Assembly: GCA_963753595.1 (NCBI GenBank)
Contig: CAVWCX010000037.1
Coordinates: 1-64,000 of the forward strand
Source: Candidatus Methanoperedenaceae archaeon
GTDB lineage: Archaea > Halobacteriota > Methanosarcinia > Methanosarcinales > Methanoperedenaceae
Length of the DNA stretch: 64,000 nucleotides
Direction: 5' to 3'
The notes under the pieces are model-generated. The model was not told the DNA's origin. It did not search any database and saw only the letters and a program-made list of their open reading frames with translations. The position numbers and the translations under genes were made by a program. Below, piece after piece: positions 29,962 to 40,154 of the stretch. The stretch's first letter is position 1; every line of letters starts with the position of its first letter.

Positions 29962-30516
29962 TTAGTTTTCAAATTTTTCTAAGGTTTCGGTTGGGTGCAT
30001 CGCTGCGACTATTGGATGCATATCTATGTACATTTTTGGGAAATCAGATTTTTTATACTTTTCCACAATCTTAAAATGTAGTTTTTTATAAAAATCCATC
30101 GATTCCGTTTTTGAGTCCACCGTAAGATATCGACAACCAATTATTTCAGAAACCGAAACGGCAACTCCTATTGCGGCCAAAACCAAGAATGTCCCTACAT
30201 CTCTTCGTTCAAATTCTCCTTCAACTGCCAATCGTGCAATCTTTATACTTGGATATTTGCGGTAAGGGAAACCTTTTACTCCATCATCGTTATCTATTGC
30301 TTCAACCTCGATTGTATCTGTAAGGATAGAGAAAAAACCAACCATCTTTTCTTTCCAATAACATAAGTAGGTTTTTGTAATCATGACTTCCTGGTCATTT
30401 AACCCATCAGTTTTCAAATAATCGTTTAGGTCATCACTTTTGCAGTTAAAAGAATTGAGTTCGTGTCTATTTGTTAAAGACTCTATATGGAGATCCTTAT
30501 GAGGAATTTTCTCCAT
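29962..30516 (-). CDS. GNAT acetyltransferase (toxin-like)
   Basis: FNC..LNDYL, YPSIKIARLAV, LTVDS, FYKK. Confidence 0.8.
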   Translation of the reverse strand: MEKIPHKDLHIESLTNRHELNSFNCKSDDLNDYLKTDGLNDQEVMITKTYLCYWKEKMVGFFSILTDTIEVEAIDNDDGVKGFPYRKYPSIKIARLAVEGEFERRDVGTFLVLAAIGVAVSVSEIIGCRYLTVDSKTESMDFYKKLHFKIVEKYKKSDFPKMYIDMHPIVAAMHPTETLEKFEN

Positions 30517-30523
30517 TTGATCT

Positions 30524-30671
30524 TTAATCTCTAAACTGGGTCTTAAAGATTCGTTTTGCCTCTTTAAACATCAAAATTTGTTCTTTGGTGACATTTGGAT
30601 TTTTTCTATCTTCCAAAACTCTTTACATCTTCCCCTTTCAATACTAAACCCAGTTCAATTGGTTTGGCCAT
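30524..30671 (-). pseudogene. Putative antitoxin (MAKPIELGLVLKGEDAKEF..), broken by two 1-nt deletions
   Basis: Restored reading MAKPIELGLVLKGEDAKEFWKIEKNPNVTKEQILMFKEAKRIFKTQFRD, immediately upstream of the GNAT gene. Confidence 0.6.
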
Positions 30672-30919
30672 GATTTGACACCTTCTTTTTTACCTATAAC
30701 AACATTATGTATCATCATCATATAAATCTATCTAAATTGAATTATGATCATGTTATATATCCATTTTCATCCAAAACTCTTTAGCATCTTCCCCTTTCAA
30801 TACTAAACCCAGTTCAATTGGTTTGGCCATGATTTGACACCTTCTTTTTTACCTATAACAACATTATGTATCATCATCATATAAATCTATCTAAATTGAA
30901 TTATGATGATGTTATATAT
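30612..30919. repeat. Tandem ~149-bp direct duplication of the antitoxin promoter and 5' end
   Basis: Copies at 30612-30760 and 30770-30919 are near-identical. Confidence 0.9.
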
Positions 30920-31025
30920 GTTTAAATAAAGCGTTAATACCGATTCGAAAGGGCTGATTAAAAAGAGAATTAAGTGTTCATATTTCCCGTACACATGTTA
31001 ATAAAGGGTTCGGATTTTTTTATCT

Positions 31026-31673
31026 TCAATTGTCCTCAATAAACTCATAGAACTTATCCCAGTCAAGTACAGTTGAGACACACCCTGCCTTTTCAAGAAC
31101 AAGACCCACCCCAAAAAGGTCGATTTTCTCGCACATCTCAAGCCCGGCTTTTATTTCGGTCATGCACCCTACCCCTAGTATTGCCTCTGGCTTGTGTTTT
31201 CGAATAAGCCGTCTTATAAAGCTTGAACCAGGGACGATATATACCTTATAACCAAGCTTTTCTGCGCTTTTCCTGGCCTTTCCTATCTCACATGCGCCGC
31301 AATCTATACACTGCATGCCTTCAGGGCTCAGTTTGGATGGGCAGGTGACCGCTCTTAAGCATTGCGGAAAAAATATCAGTCGTTTATTGACCGGCGTTTC
31401 CCTGAATTTTCGCAGGGAGATCTTGTTCTTAAGAGTTATACCCACATCATCAACAATAGAATCATCCATCTTGATAAGCCTGAATAAAGCCTTGACCAGG
31501 TTTTCAAGAAGAGTAATAGAGAAAAGCATAAATCCCGGGAAAATGAACTTCTCTGTCTTGAAGGAATAACCGATAAGTAATGAACCCAGGATCGCAATAA
31601 TCAATAAGAAAAACACAAAATATACTACAGCTTCACCGATTATTGTGAATAAAGGTTCAATTTCTATTGCCAT
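31026..31673 (-). CDS. DUF116 family protein
   Basis: PQCLR..CP..CIDCGAC..VPGSS..GVGC. Confidence 0.85.
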   Translation of the reverse strand: MAIEIEPLFTIIGEAVVYFVFFLLIIAILGSLLIGYSFKTEKFIFPGFMLFSITLLENLVKALFRLIKMDDSIVDDVGITLKNKISLRKFRETPVNKRLIFFPQCLRAVTCPSKLSPEGMQCIDCGACEIGKARKSAEKLGYKVYIVPGSSFIRRLIRKHKPEAILGVGCMTEIKAGLEMCEKIDLFGVGLVLEKAGCVSTVLDWDKFYEFIEDN

Positions 31674-31724
31674 TTATATATAGTATGAATATTTTCGTCG
31701 GCTTAAGGTTATCTGAAGGATCAG

Positions 31725-32708
31725 TCAAATTTCAAGAATAGTATTTATTTCCTCAAGCGCTTTTGCATAAACGCCATTTTTCCTCAAGTGTGCAGCAAGC
31801 TTAAGGGGACGGATGCCTCCGGGATGGTATGTGATGACTGCTGACGGTGCGCACTGCTTTGTCATGCCGATAAGACCGTTCACATCCATGTGGTCGCTTA
31901 TATTGATAGTAGGAAATTTGAAATCCTTTCGTCCTGTAAGTATGAATTTCCTTGCGCATGTGAGCCCTGGTATTTCAGCCGGTGTGGTTATTTTAATCTG
32001 GCAATCGCTATCAAGACCAACAAGCTGCCCTGCATTTTTCATTAATCCGTCAGTAAGCGCATGAGATACCGGATCCATGCCGATCTCTCCCGAATAACCG
32101 GATTCACGAATGAGTCTGACTGCCCGCTGCGCCTTCCCGAAAGCATAAGCTCCAAAGGCAACATCATTGGGTGATTCTTCCAGTGATTCCCTGAATGCAC
32201 CCAGGTCATCTTCAAAATGACATTTCGGATCATCCGGATCCCCATAATTTGCTTCCGTGACAAGACAATCGCAGTCTGGCAGGTCTTTTGAATCTTTGAC
32301 ATCCCCGGTGACCATGATCCTTGTACCCACATCATTTTTCCAGTAAAAAGCGCATGATCCTATTGTATGATGTGTAGGATACGTTTTTACATCTACGCCG
32401 GCAATGTCAATGCTATCACCGATCTTGAATGTTCTTCCCTCATATTTTTTCCCATAAAGGATTTCAAGCGCCTGCGCTGTTTCTTGCGAACATACTGCAT
32501 TCTTTGAGAGCATTGCAGATCTGCCGTGATGGTCAGAATGCGCATGAGTTATAAGATATGCGTCAGGCTGCTGGGAACGGGAATTAGTAGTATCCACGGC
32601 AAAAGTCAACCGTTTCCCTGCATTGAAAACAAGTGAAATATGAGGTTTGAATCCCTTACCTGTCCTATGTCTGATCGGCAGCACACCAAGATCAAATAAA
32701 GGTTTCAA
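31725..32708 (-). CDS. MBL-fold metallo-hydrolase (beta-CASP-like nuclease)
   Basis: THAHSDH, HTIGS, TGD, EANYG, GKAQ, SDH. Confidence 0.8.
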   Translation of the reverse strand: MKPLFDLGVLPIRHRTGKGFKPHISLVFNAGKRLTFAVDTTNSRSQQPDAYLITHAHSDHHGRSAMLSKNAVCSQETAQALEILYGKKYEGRTFKIGDSIDIAGVDVKTYPTHHTIGSCAFYWKNDVGTRIMVTGDVKDSKDLPDCDCLVTEANYGDPDDPKCHFEDDLGAFRESLEESPNDVAFGAYAFGKAQRAVRLIRESGYSGEIGMDPVSHALTDGLMKNAGQLVGLDSDCQIKITTPAEIPGLTCARKFILTGRKDFKFPTINISDHMDVNGLIGMTKQCAPSAVITYHPGGIRPLKLAAHLRKNGVYAKALEEINTILEI

Positions 32709-32718
32709 TCAAACCACG

Positions 32719-32991
32719 TTATTTTAAGGCTGCGTTTAAATCCGCTTCAAGGACATTCGCGCGGGTTACACCGGTATATCGCTTGAATACTGCGCCATCT
32801 TTTTCAATTACCAATGTTGGAATAGCATGTACCGTGAATTTAGCGGCCATTTCATTATTGTTGTCAACGTCAATTTTCTTGAATTCCACTGTATCCCCGA
32901 ATTTTTTCTTAAGCTCTTCGATGATCGGATCCTGCATCTTGCAGGGACCGCACCATTCTGCAAAAAAATCCATTAGAACAACTTTACTCAT
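32719..32991 (-). CDS. trxA: Thioredoxin
   Basis: DFFAEWCGPCK. Confidence 0.93.
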   Translation of the reverse strand: MSKVVLMDFFAEWCGPCKMQDPIIEELKKKFGDTVEFKKIDVDNNNEMAAKFTVHAIPTLVIEKDGAVFKRYTGVTRANVLEADLNAALK

Positions 32992-33076
32992 TTGATTTCC
33001 TCCTTTGGCAGCAGATCTTGCACGTTTTGCATTTGTCTTTAATTGGCGTTTTTTTCTCAGTTTTTTTATCTGACAT
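32984..33076 (-). CDS. Candidate 30-aa Cys-rich peptide
   Basis: MSDKKTEKKTPIKDKCKTCKICCQRRKSNE*; overlaps the thioredoxin RBS and start. Confidence 0.4.
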   Translation of the reverse strand: MSDKKTEKKTPIKDKCKTCKICCQRRKSNE

Positions 33077-33148
33077 ATATTCTACCTGCTACGATACCTA
33101 ATAATACACCTATGATTTAAAATTGTTGCCCATTTTTTTGGTGTTTGA

Positions 33149-33622
33149 TTATAAAGCCTTATTCTGGTTCCAGATAACTTGTATTATTTCTTCAATATCC
33201 GGCAGCTGCGAAATTGGATAAACCTTCACAAATACCACCATTCCGTTTTCATCAATAATGATATTCGCCCGTTCGGAAAATCCCTCTTTTTCCCTGAATA
33301 TCCCATATAGACCAGCAACTTGTCCATGAGGCCAGAAATCCGAAAGAAGCATGGTATTTTTTATCCCAAGTTCTTTTGCCCACGCTTTTTTTGACGGGAC
33401 AGTATCCACGCTTATACCCAATGCTATTGTATTTAATTTCTCAAATCTTTCCCGATTTTTTTCAAGCGATTTCATCTGTTCGGCACAGACCTTTGTCCAT
33501 GCTTGCGGATGGAAAGATAACAGTACTCTTTTTCCTTTGAGGGATGATAGACGGACTTCTTTTCTATCCTGGTCACTCAGATCAAAATCTTTCGCTTTAT
33601 CACCAATTTTCACTATGCTCAT
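33149..33622 (-). CDS. Peroxiredoxin (AhpE-like, 1-Cys)
   Basis: FHPQAWTKVC, GISVD, LLSDFWPHG. Confidence 0.88.
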   Translation of the reverse strand: MSIVKIGDKAKDFDLSDQDRKEVRLSSLKGKRVLLSFHPQAWTKVCAEQMKSLEKNRERFEKLNTIALGISVDTVPSKKAWAKELGIKNTMLLSDFWPHGQVAGLYGIFREKEGFSERANIIIDENGMVVFVKVYPISQLPDIEEIIQVIWNQNKAL

Positions 33623-33772
33623 TCTTTATACTCCCTGATATTTTAAAATTATACGCTCCAACAGCAATTAGTAGTATCCAGTCTTCTGATAATAACTCTT
33701 GTCATTATCATCAGACAGATTTAAATAGTAAATTTGCATATTATATACAGGTCATAATATACAGGTGGAAAG

Positions 33773-34126
33773 ATGAGACTGAGTAAAAATAATTTGTTAA
33801 TAATAGGAATTATTCCTATAGTTATTGCTTTGATAATATTTTATAACTTTATAGTAGCTATTAATATTCTACAGCCTGGCGGAAAGACAGCAGCTATGGT
33901 ATATTACCAGTTGCTTGGAATTTCAGCTGCAATGCTTGTGGGTTCTATCGTTTACTGGGGAATACTTGTTTATTACATTTATTTGATACAGGAAAACGAA
34001 GTTTTCATACAGGATAATTTCACACAGCTGGCAGGAAGCGGCACAGCTCACCTTCAAAATGCCAAAACGCTGATTTCACAGGTGCTGAAAGAAATAAAAT
34101 CTACTGAATTAAAACCCCAACAGTAG
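33773..34126 (+). CDS. Hypothetical membrane protein (2 TM)
   Basis: Two hydrophobic segments; AGGTGG upstream. Confidence 0.6.
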   Translation: MRLSKNNLLIIGIIPIVIALIIFYNFIVAINILQPGGKTAAMVYYQLLGISAAMLVGSIVYWGILVYYIYLIQENEVFIQDNFTQLAGSGTAHLQNAKTLISQVLKEIKSTELKPQQ

Positions 34127-34171
34127 ATTTATTAATTTTTTATTATAGTTCTATTTTTATTATTTTTAATT

Positions 34172-35347
34172 TTATTTCAATATATTACTTGCAGCTTCTA
34201 CGGCCGGTCCCATTTTTTTGACCACATCATTCCTGTGAAGGACAATTTCCACTGCCTGGACCGTGCTTAAAATATCCAGCTTGCTAATATTTCCCATGCT
34301 CCCTATCCTGAAGATCTTGCCTTCAAGAGCGCCCTGGCCGCCTGAAACCTGGATTCCGATCTCCTTTATCCCATTTCGCAGTTTCTTATCATCAATACCT
34401 GTGGGTATTTTCATCGCCGTCACAGTATTTGAATATTGGCTGTATTTGTTCAACTGTGGGAACATTTCGATATTCATGGCACTTGCAGCTGCACGGAGTG
34501 CTTCTGCAAATTTTGCATGTCTCTTGATCCGGGCTTCAAGTCCTTCTTCCTTTACGATGCGAAGCGCTTCGTGCAACGCAAAAAACAGGGACACTGCAGG
34601 AGTATAAGGTGTCTGGGCTGTATCTTTATTTGCCGATTTCTTATAAGCTTTAAGATCCATGTAATAAGGGGGTTTATCCACCATGGATTCCCAGGCTTTC
34701 TTGCTCACGGATATTGCAGATAATCCCGGAGGTGCGCCTATGCACTTCTGGGAGCCTACGACAGCAATATCAACACCCCATTTATCAACAAGTACTTCAT
34801 CCCCGCCGATCGTGGTCACGCCATCCATGATAAACACGGCGCCATATTTTTTTGCAAGGTCGCCTATTTCTTTTGCAGGATTCTTTATCCCAACGGATGT
34901 GTCGTTATGAACAAGAGTTATTGCTTTTGCTCCTTCTGCCAGTGCACTTTCAACCATGTCAAGTTCAATGGATTCACCTTTTGTCCAGTCAAATTTAACC
35001 GCCCTGACTTTACCGTATCGTTCCCCGATCTCCCTGAATCGTTCTCCGAATTTCCCGTTCTCAATAGTAATAAGAGTATCTTTTTCCCCTATGACATTGC
35101 TGACCGCAGCTTCCATTGCACAGCTTCCCGATCCGCTGATTATATACATATCGTTTTTTGTACCGAAAAGCTCCTGGAGCGTTGTTCGGCATTCACTGTA
35201 CATGTCCCCGAATTCCTTGCCGCGATGCCCGATTATGGGTCTGGACATGGCTCTTAATATCCTTGGCACCACGGGCACAGGGCCCGGTATCATCAATAAA
35301 TTATTTTCAAGATTCATAAGATTTCTCCTGATTTTTTTCCTATACAA
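34172..35347 (-). CDS. Class V PLP aminotransferase (serine/aspartate-glyoxylate type)
   Basis: LMIPGP, HRG, VHNDTS, GSQKC, TPYTP, FRIGSMG. Confidence 0.88.
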   Translation of the reverse strand: MYRKKIRRNLMNLENNLLMIPGPVPVVPRILRAMSRPIIGHRGKEFGDMYSECRTTLQELFGTKNDMYIISGSGSCAMEAAVSNVIGEKDTLITIENGKFGERFREIGERYGKVRAVKFDWTKGESIELDMVESALAEGAKAITLVHNDTSVGIKNPAKEIGDLAKKYGAVFIMDGVTTIGGDEVLVDKWGVDIAVVGSQKCIGAPPGLSAISVSKKAWESMVDKPPYYMDLKAYKKSANKDTAQTPYTPAVSLFFALHEALRIVKEEGLEARIKRHAKFAEALRAAASAMNIEMFPQLNKYSQYSNTVTAMKIPTGIDDKKLRNGIKEIGIQVSGGQGALEGKIFRIGSMGNISKLDILSTVQAVEIVLHRNDVVKKMGPAVEAASNILK

Positions 35348-35411
35348 CTAACTTGCATGTATATCTTTTGCAGTAATAAGGCGATTTAGATTTAGAAATC
35401 ATGGGTTTAAA

Positions 35412-36953
35412 CCGTAACTCTCCCTTTTTTACGTAATACTCAAATCAATCCCCAATTTTTCAATAAGTAAACGTGTCTTTTTAGGAATCTCAGAGATCTC
35501 CCAGTCATCCCCTATCTTAACATTGAACACTCTTGATAGATGTAGAATAACATCTTTTGGTGAACATCTGCTTAAAATATCCCTGGAAAGTAGCAATCCA
35601 TAAACCTTATAATAAAGAAGTAGAGCGACAAAATTCACAAACATCCATCCTTCCATTGCGGAATCATCTCTCATATAACTGCGATCTGCATTCAACACAT
35701 TTTTAAATGTGTCAAAAGTAACCTCGATCTCAACACGGCTTTTCAGCAACTCGAAAATTTTCTGTGGGGACAAATCCAATCCTGTAATTATCGATATTGT
35801 GCCAAACTTACTATCATTTTCATGAAACTCTTCTATCTTGAGCTTTCCTTCATTCACCCTTATTAAAAAATCACGTTCCTCTTCCACTTTCAAAAAGTTA
35901 TCCAGGAATGTAACTATCCTTTTCCCATCTAATACACGTTCATAATGCCAAATCACTCGGTTCTCAAAAAGAAAATGACCATCAAACTGCTTTCTTCCGG
36001 CCTGTTTTAGAGGTGAGTAATCGATGAACTGACTATTCCTTTTCAGAGGTAAAATATACCTTATTTTCTTTGTTTCCAATTCTTTCGCATTGTCTGCAGA
36101 ATAGAAACCCTTGTCTCCCACCAAAATAATGTCCTTCACCTTCGATTCTTCCATGGATAAAAGCAAACTGGAAACGTCCCTTATCGAACCGGGAACAAGT
36201 CTATAAAATATCGGCTGCATTCGATCAAGTGAAAAAAGCAAAAAAAGATTTATTTGCGGGAGGTAGTTCCTTTCTGAATTTCGACCTAAAGTAGCTGATA
36301 TCACATTTTCTGAAAGAGAGAAAACATGTGTGAGATCAACCGCCATACATTCATCTTGTGCTATGTATTTTGACAGGAATTTCTTGATAAGATCTCTTTG
36401 CTGCCCTATTGCGTGAAGTATGTTGCTAAGTGTCTTGGGAGATACTTTTGCATCGGGTATGATGTCAGATAAGTAAGAACTCTGGTAATGATTTTGAACA
36501 TTCTTTAGTGGTGATGATGAGAAAAAACGAAATGCTGCGAATGTGAATATCTCCTTCCATATATCTGGAAACACTTCTTTCAGGTTTTGGATGATATCTT
36601 TTGATTCATTAGCTATGAATCGTGATGCTCCAAACTCTTTTACACTAATATTTTTCCGTGATTCTATTGTCCTTTCATGTTTTGGTTTTATGAGTCCTTC
36701 TTCTGTTATTTTGCCAAGAAATTTTTCTGTGATCTTTTTGGCCCGTTTCTTTTCTTTGTCATATTCGCTTCTGATTTTGTAGAGATAATAGTACTTTCCG
36801 AGTTTTCTTATTTCTGTCCCTTTTGTTTTGTGTTTCAATACCCAATCCGGATGAGTCATAATATTACGTATATACGTAATACAAATATATAAAGATTACG
36901 GTATGTGTTGACAGTTTTCTAAAAAATATTACACAAATTGGGCGGAGTTAAGG
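35412..36953 (-). mobile_element. Complete IS1634-like insertion sequence (1542 bp)
   Basis: Imperfect terminal IRs CCGTAACTCTCCC / GGGCGGAGTTAAGG, each flanked by TTTAAA (35406-35411 and 36954-36959). Confidence 0.82.
35429..36859 (-). CDS. DDE transposase (IS1634-like)
   Basis: YYYLY..FLGKI N-terminus, VDLT, GDKGFYS, RVEIEVTF..FKN. Confidence 0.9.
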   Translation of the reverse strand: MTHPDWVLKHKTKGTEIRKLGKYYYLYKIRSEYDKEKKRAKKITEKFLGKITEEGLIKPKHERTIESRKNISVKEFGASRFIANESKDIIQNLKEVFPDIWKEIFTFAAFRFFSSSPLKNVQNHYQSSYLSDIIPDAKVSPKTLSNILHAIGQQRDLIKKFLSKYIAQDECMAVDLTHVFSLSENVISATLGRNSERNYLPQINLFLLFSLDRMQPIFYRLVPGSIRDVSSLLLSMEESKVKDIILVGDKGFYSADNAKELETKKIRYILPLKRNSQFIDYSPLKQAGRKQFDGHFLFENRVIWHYERVLDGKRIVTFLDNFLKVEEERDFLIRVNEGKLKIEEFHENDSKFGTISIITGLDLSPQKIFELLKSRVEIEVTFDTFKNVLNADRSYMRDDSAMEGWMFVNFVALLLYYKVYGLLLSRDILSRCSPKDVILHLSRVFNVKIGDDWEISEIPKKTRLLIEKLGIDLSIT

Positions 36954-36965
36954 TTTAAAATGAGT

Positions 36966-37565
36966 CTAGCCAAGATAATTAAAATATATCAATATAAGAA
37001 CTACGATTTGCCCCATAAATCCTGAAAAAATTGGGATGAGGAGATTATCATCCAGCTGATCTGTAATCGTCTCAACGATCGTTGCCGTACCTGCCATAAC
37101 AAATATCGCGATCCAGCTTTGCAGAAAGATCGATCCGATAATAATATCGGCTATGAACTCAGCAGCACAACCCTCATAAGCCCTGTTTTTCAATCCTTTT
37201 ATCCATGTACGCCCGAATGCCTTCCCGAAGATCGCGGCCGATGCATCCCCGAATGTGGTCATAAGGATGGCGGCAGAAGCGATCTCTTTTGAAAAAACCG
37301 AAACTGCGATTATGCTTCCAATCGTGAAAAATACATGTCCGCCCAGCCTGTCCGCTTCTTTTATCCTGAAAAGGGTATGTACTACAGGTAATCTGTGCCC
37401 GTGTTCTATCCGGAAATACTCAAGCCCAAGGATAACCACCAGATATACTATAAGTAAGAGAAGCACATTTTCTTTCCCATAATAATGGTAAGTCAGGACT
37501 ATTATGATCGAGGTCAGATGTACTGCTTTTCTTTTAACTTCCTGGATAAGGTCTTGACGATTCAA
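36966..37565 (-). CDS. Dolichol/phytol kinase-like (SEC59/DGK1/VTE5) membrane protein
   Basis: RKAVH, FGDASAAIFGK, DDNLLIP. Confidence 0.8.
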   Translation of the reverse strand: MNRQDLIQEVKRKAVHLTSIIIVLTYHYYGKENVLLLLIVYLVVILGLEYFRIEHGHRLPVVHTLFRIKEADRLGGHVFFTIGSIIAVSVFSKEIASAAILMTTFGDASAAIFGKAFGRTWIKGLKNRAYEGCAAEFIADIIIGSIFLQSWIAIFVMAGTATIVETITDQLDDNLLIPIFSGFMGQIVVLILIYFNYLG

Positions 37566-37618
37566 ATTTTCACTTTCCTTTTTCGCGCATTTTGCCTATA
37601 TCCATGATACCATACATA

Positions 37619-38656
37619 TCATCCTTTGCTTTGCCCTATGTGAAATAATCGCATTATAAATATGGATGCATATGCGATAAAAATGACAAAAAACAAATAG
37701 ATGACCCTGTCCATCAGGGAAACTATGACGGCAATGGTTATTGGTATTCCAACCATTGAATAGATACCTATCATGATCAATTCTTTTATTCCTAAACCTC
37801 CCGGAATTGGAATAATAGAGATTAACCCGAGGATAAGGGAAAGGGAAACGATGAGATCTGCAATTGTAATATCATATCCAACACTTTGAAAGATAATGTA
37901 GGTTTTAAAATAAATGAATGTAAACATGAGAACAGAAAGGCCAATATCTATTGATAGGATTTTTCTCTCTCTGATGATCGATCTGAAGGTTTTTTCAAAT
38001 TCAACAATACCTGTTGTTACAAGTTCTTCAAATATTTGATATGACTCAAACCTGTTCCTGATGAATTTGAACAGTGAAAAATCATATGTTCTCTTGAGGG
38101 TCAAATAAAAGAACGGAACTATGGCAGACTTTTTGATCTTATGTTTAGAAAGATATGCAAAAAATGCCAGAAGGAACAAAATAAGTGCAATTGCTTCCAA
38201 TAAAATTGACAGCCACCGGGGTATATCCAGGAACATGAATACAAAAAGTAAAGAAAAGATCATGGGGAAGGAAAATACAAAGCTGTTCGTTGTCTGGTCC
38301 ATGACCACAGTGGCATACCAGTTCGCATGCCGTTGATCATTGGTTACATTTTTAAGGAACATCGCTCTTCCGAAACCGCCAAATGTCCTTGCGCGCAGTA
38401 CATTGGTATTGAGGACATTTTCTCCCATAAGCCCCAGGAAAAGGATTGAAAATTTTACCGGCTTTAGCCTGTCCACAAGAAATTTCCATTTTAAAGACCA
38501 TATCAGGAATCCGCCCAGTTCCAGCAAAATTGCAAGAATCACCAGGTTCGGGTCTATTGATCGAAGAATTACGGCCAGCTCTTGATAATCGATTACACTC
38601 AGTATTATAATTAATGTTAATAACCTGAAAATGAAGAGTATCTCGCCAAACTTCAT
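37619..38656 (-). CDS. UPF0104/LPG-synthase-TM (flippase-like) membrane protein
   Basis: Multi-TM; PIPGGLGIKE, LMDR. Confidence 0.8.
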   Translation of the reverse strand: MKFGEILFIFRLLTLIIILSVIDYQELAVILRSIDPNLVILAILLELGGFLIWSLKWKFLVDRLKPVKFSILFLGLMGENVLNTNVLRARTFGGFGRAMFLKNVTNDQRHANWYATVVMDQTTNSFVFSFPMIFSLLFVFMFLDIPRWLSILLEAIALILFLLAFFAYLSKHKIKKSAIVPFFYLTLKRTYDFSLFKFIRNRFESYQIFEELVTTGIVEFEKTFRSIIRERKILSIDIGLSVLMFTFIYFKTYIIFQSVGYDITIADLIVSLSLILGLISIIPIPGGLGIKELIMIGIYSMVGIPITIAVIVSLMDRVIYLFFVIFIAYASIFIMRLFHIGQSKG

Positions 38657-38727
38657 TCTTCCTTAATCGACATTGATAGATATATATATATTTACCTTAA
38701 TCACAATTGAAATAAAATATCGGAGGG

Positions 38728-40147
38728 ATGAGCTATTCGAAGATACGATGAAGATAGAAAAACAAAAACGTTTGTTTTGATTGCATTGGTCGGAGGACTA
38801 ATATTAGGATTTGCTTCTGACTGGTTTATAACAGGCTGGTTGGCATCTTCACAATTATACATCATTGGAATTCCGAACGAGGTTGGTGTCGGGAAGCCCA
38901 CCAATGTCACATTCATAACTTTTGGTAACGACAAAGCGGTAAGTAACGCCAGTGTAAATCTTGATGGGGCTGCATCAGGTGCAGGATTTACTGATAAGAA
39001 CGGGATGTTGACTTTGACTGTCAATGCCACGTCAGGCGAAAGAGTCAATGTCACTGCGGGAAAAGCTGGTTACTATAATGCCACGTCAACTATGATTGCC
39101 ACACCAGAGCTTGTTATCGGCGCCAAACCCACATCATTGACATCAAATACGGCATCTTTTGTGACATTTTCCGTGAGCAGTACTGGAAAACCTGTTGGAG
39201 ATGTTCTGGTGAATCTCTCTGGGGCGGGAATTTCACTTGACGGAGTTACAAACAGTAACGGTGAAATTGTTATACAAGTAAATCCTCCCAGGACAGGCAC
39301 GATTTTGGCGGTCGCAAGAAAAATGAATTATACAGAAGGTTCGACCACTATAACATCCACCAGCCAGCAGACATTGAGTGTTTCTTCAAGTCATAGTGCA
39401 GTGACGGTAAATGTTCCGATGTATGTCACATTCACAGTTACAGCCGCAGGTTCAACTGTTCCTGATGCCCTTGTAAGCTTAAGCGGCACTGCATCTGGAA
39501 GCGGGATAACGAACCAGGACGGAAAAGCCATTATACTTGTGACACCCGGGACAGCAGGCACAATTACGGTATCAGTAAGCAGGACAGGCTATGCAGGGGG
39601 CTCTGCTACTATCACCTCGACCGGCATACAATCATTGTCCATAGCATCAAATCCTACAACAGTCACAGCAGGAGTTCCTGCTTTTGTTACTTTCACAGTG
39701 ACAAGCGGTAGTAATGCTGTTGCTGAATCAACAGTCACGCTTACAGGCGCTGTTAGCGGAAGCGGGATCACCAACCAGAACGGCCAGGTCATATTATTTG
39801 TTAATTCAACAAGTACCGGTGGAATTACTGCTACTGCAACAAAGAATGGATTCTCCACCGGAAGCATGAGCCTTGGTGTGTCAGGCCAGCAATCGCTTGC
39901 TATTACCGCAAGCCCATCCAGTCTAACCAACGGGGTAACCACTTATGTTACTTTTACGGTTACAAGCGCAGGTTCTGCGGTAAGCGGGGCAACAGTTGCC
40001 GTTTCAGGAGGCGGTATCAGCACAGACGGCTTAACAAATTCTGCAGGCCAGGTAACATTGTCGCTAAATGCTGCAACACAGGGAACTATAAGTGTGACGA
40101 CCCGGAAAACCGGATATGTTGATGGGCTTACAACAATAGCCCATTGA
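38728..40147 (+). CDS. Membrane-anchored surface protein with five Ser/Thr/Gly-rich Ig-like repeats
   Basis: N-terminal TM, then ~85-aa repeats (VTFTV..V.LSG..SG.TN.NG..GY). The ATG at 38728 is one base out of frame with ORF 38777. Confidence 0.8.
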
Positions 40148-40154
40148 TTTTTTT

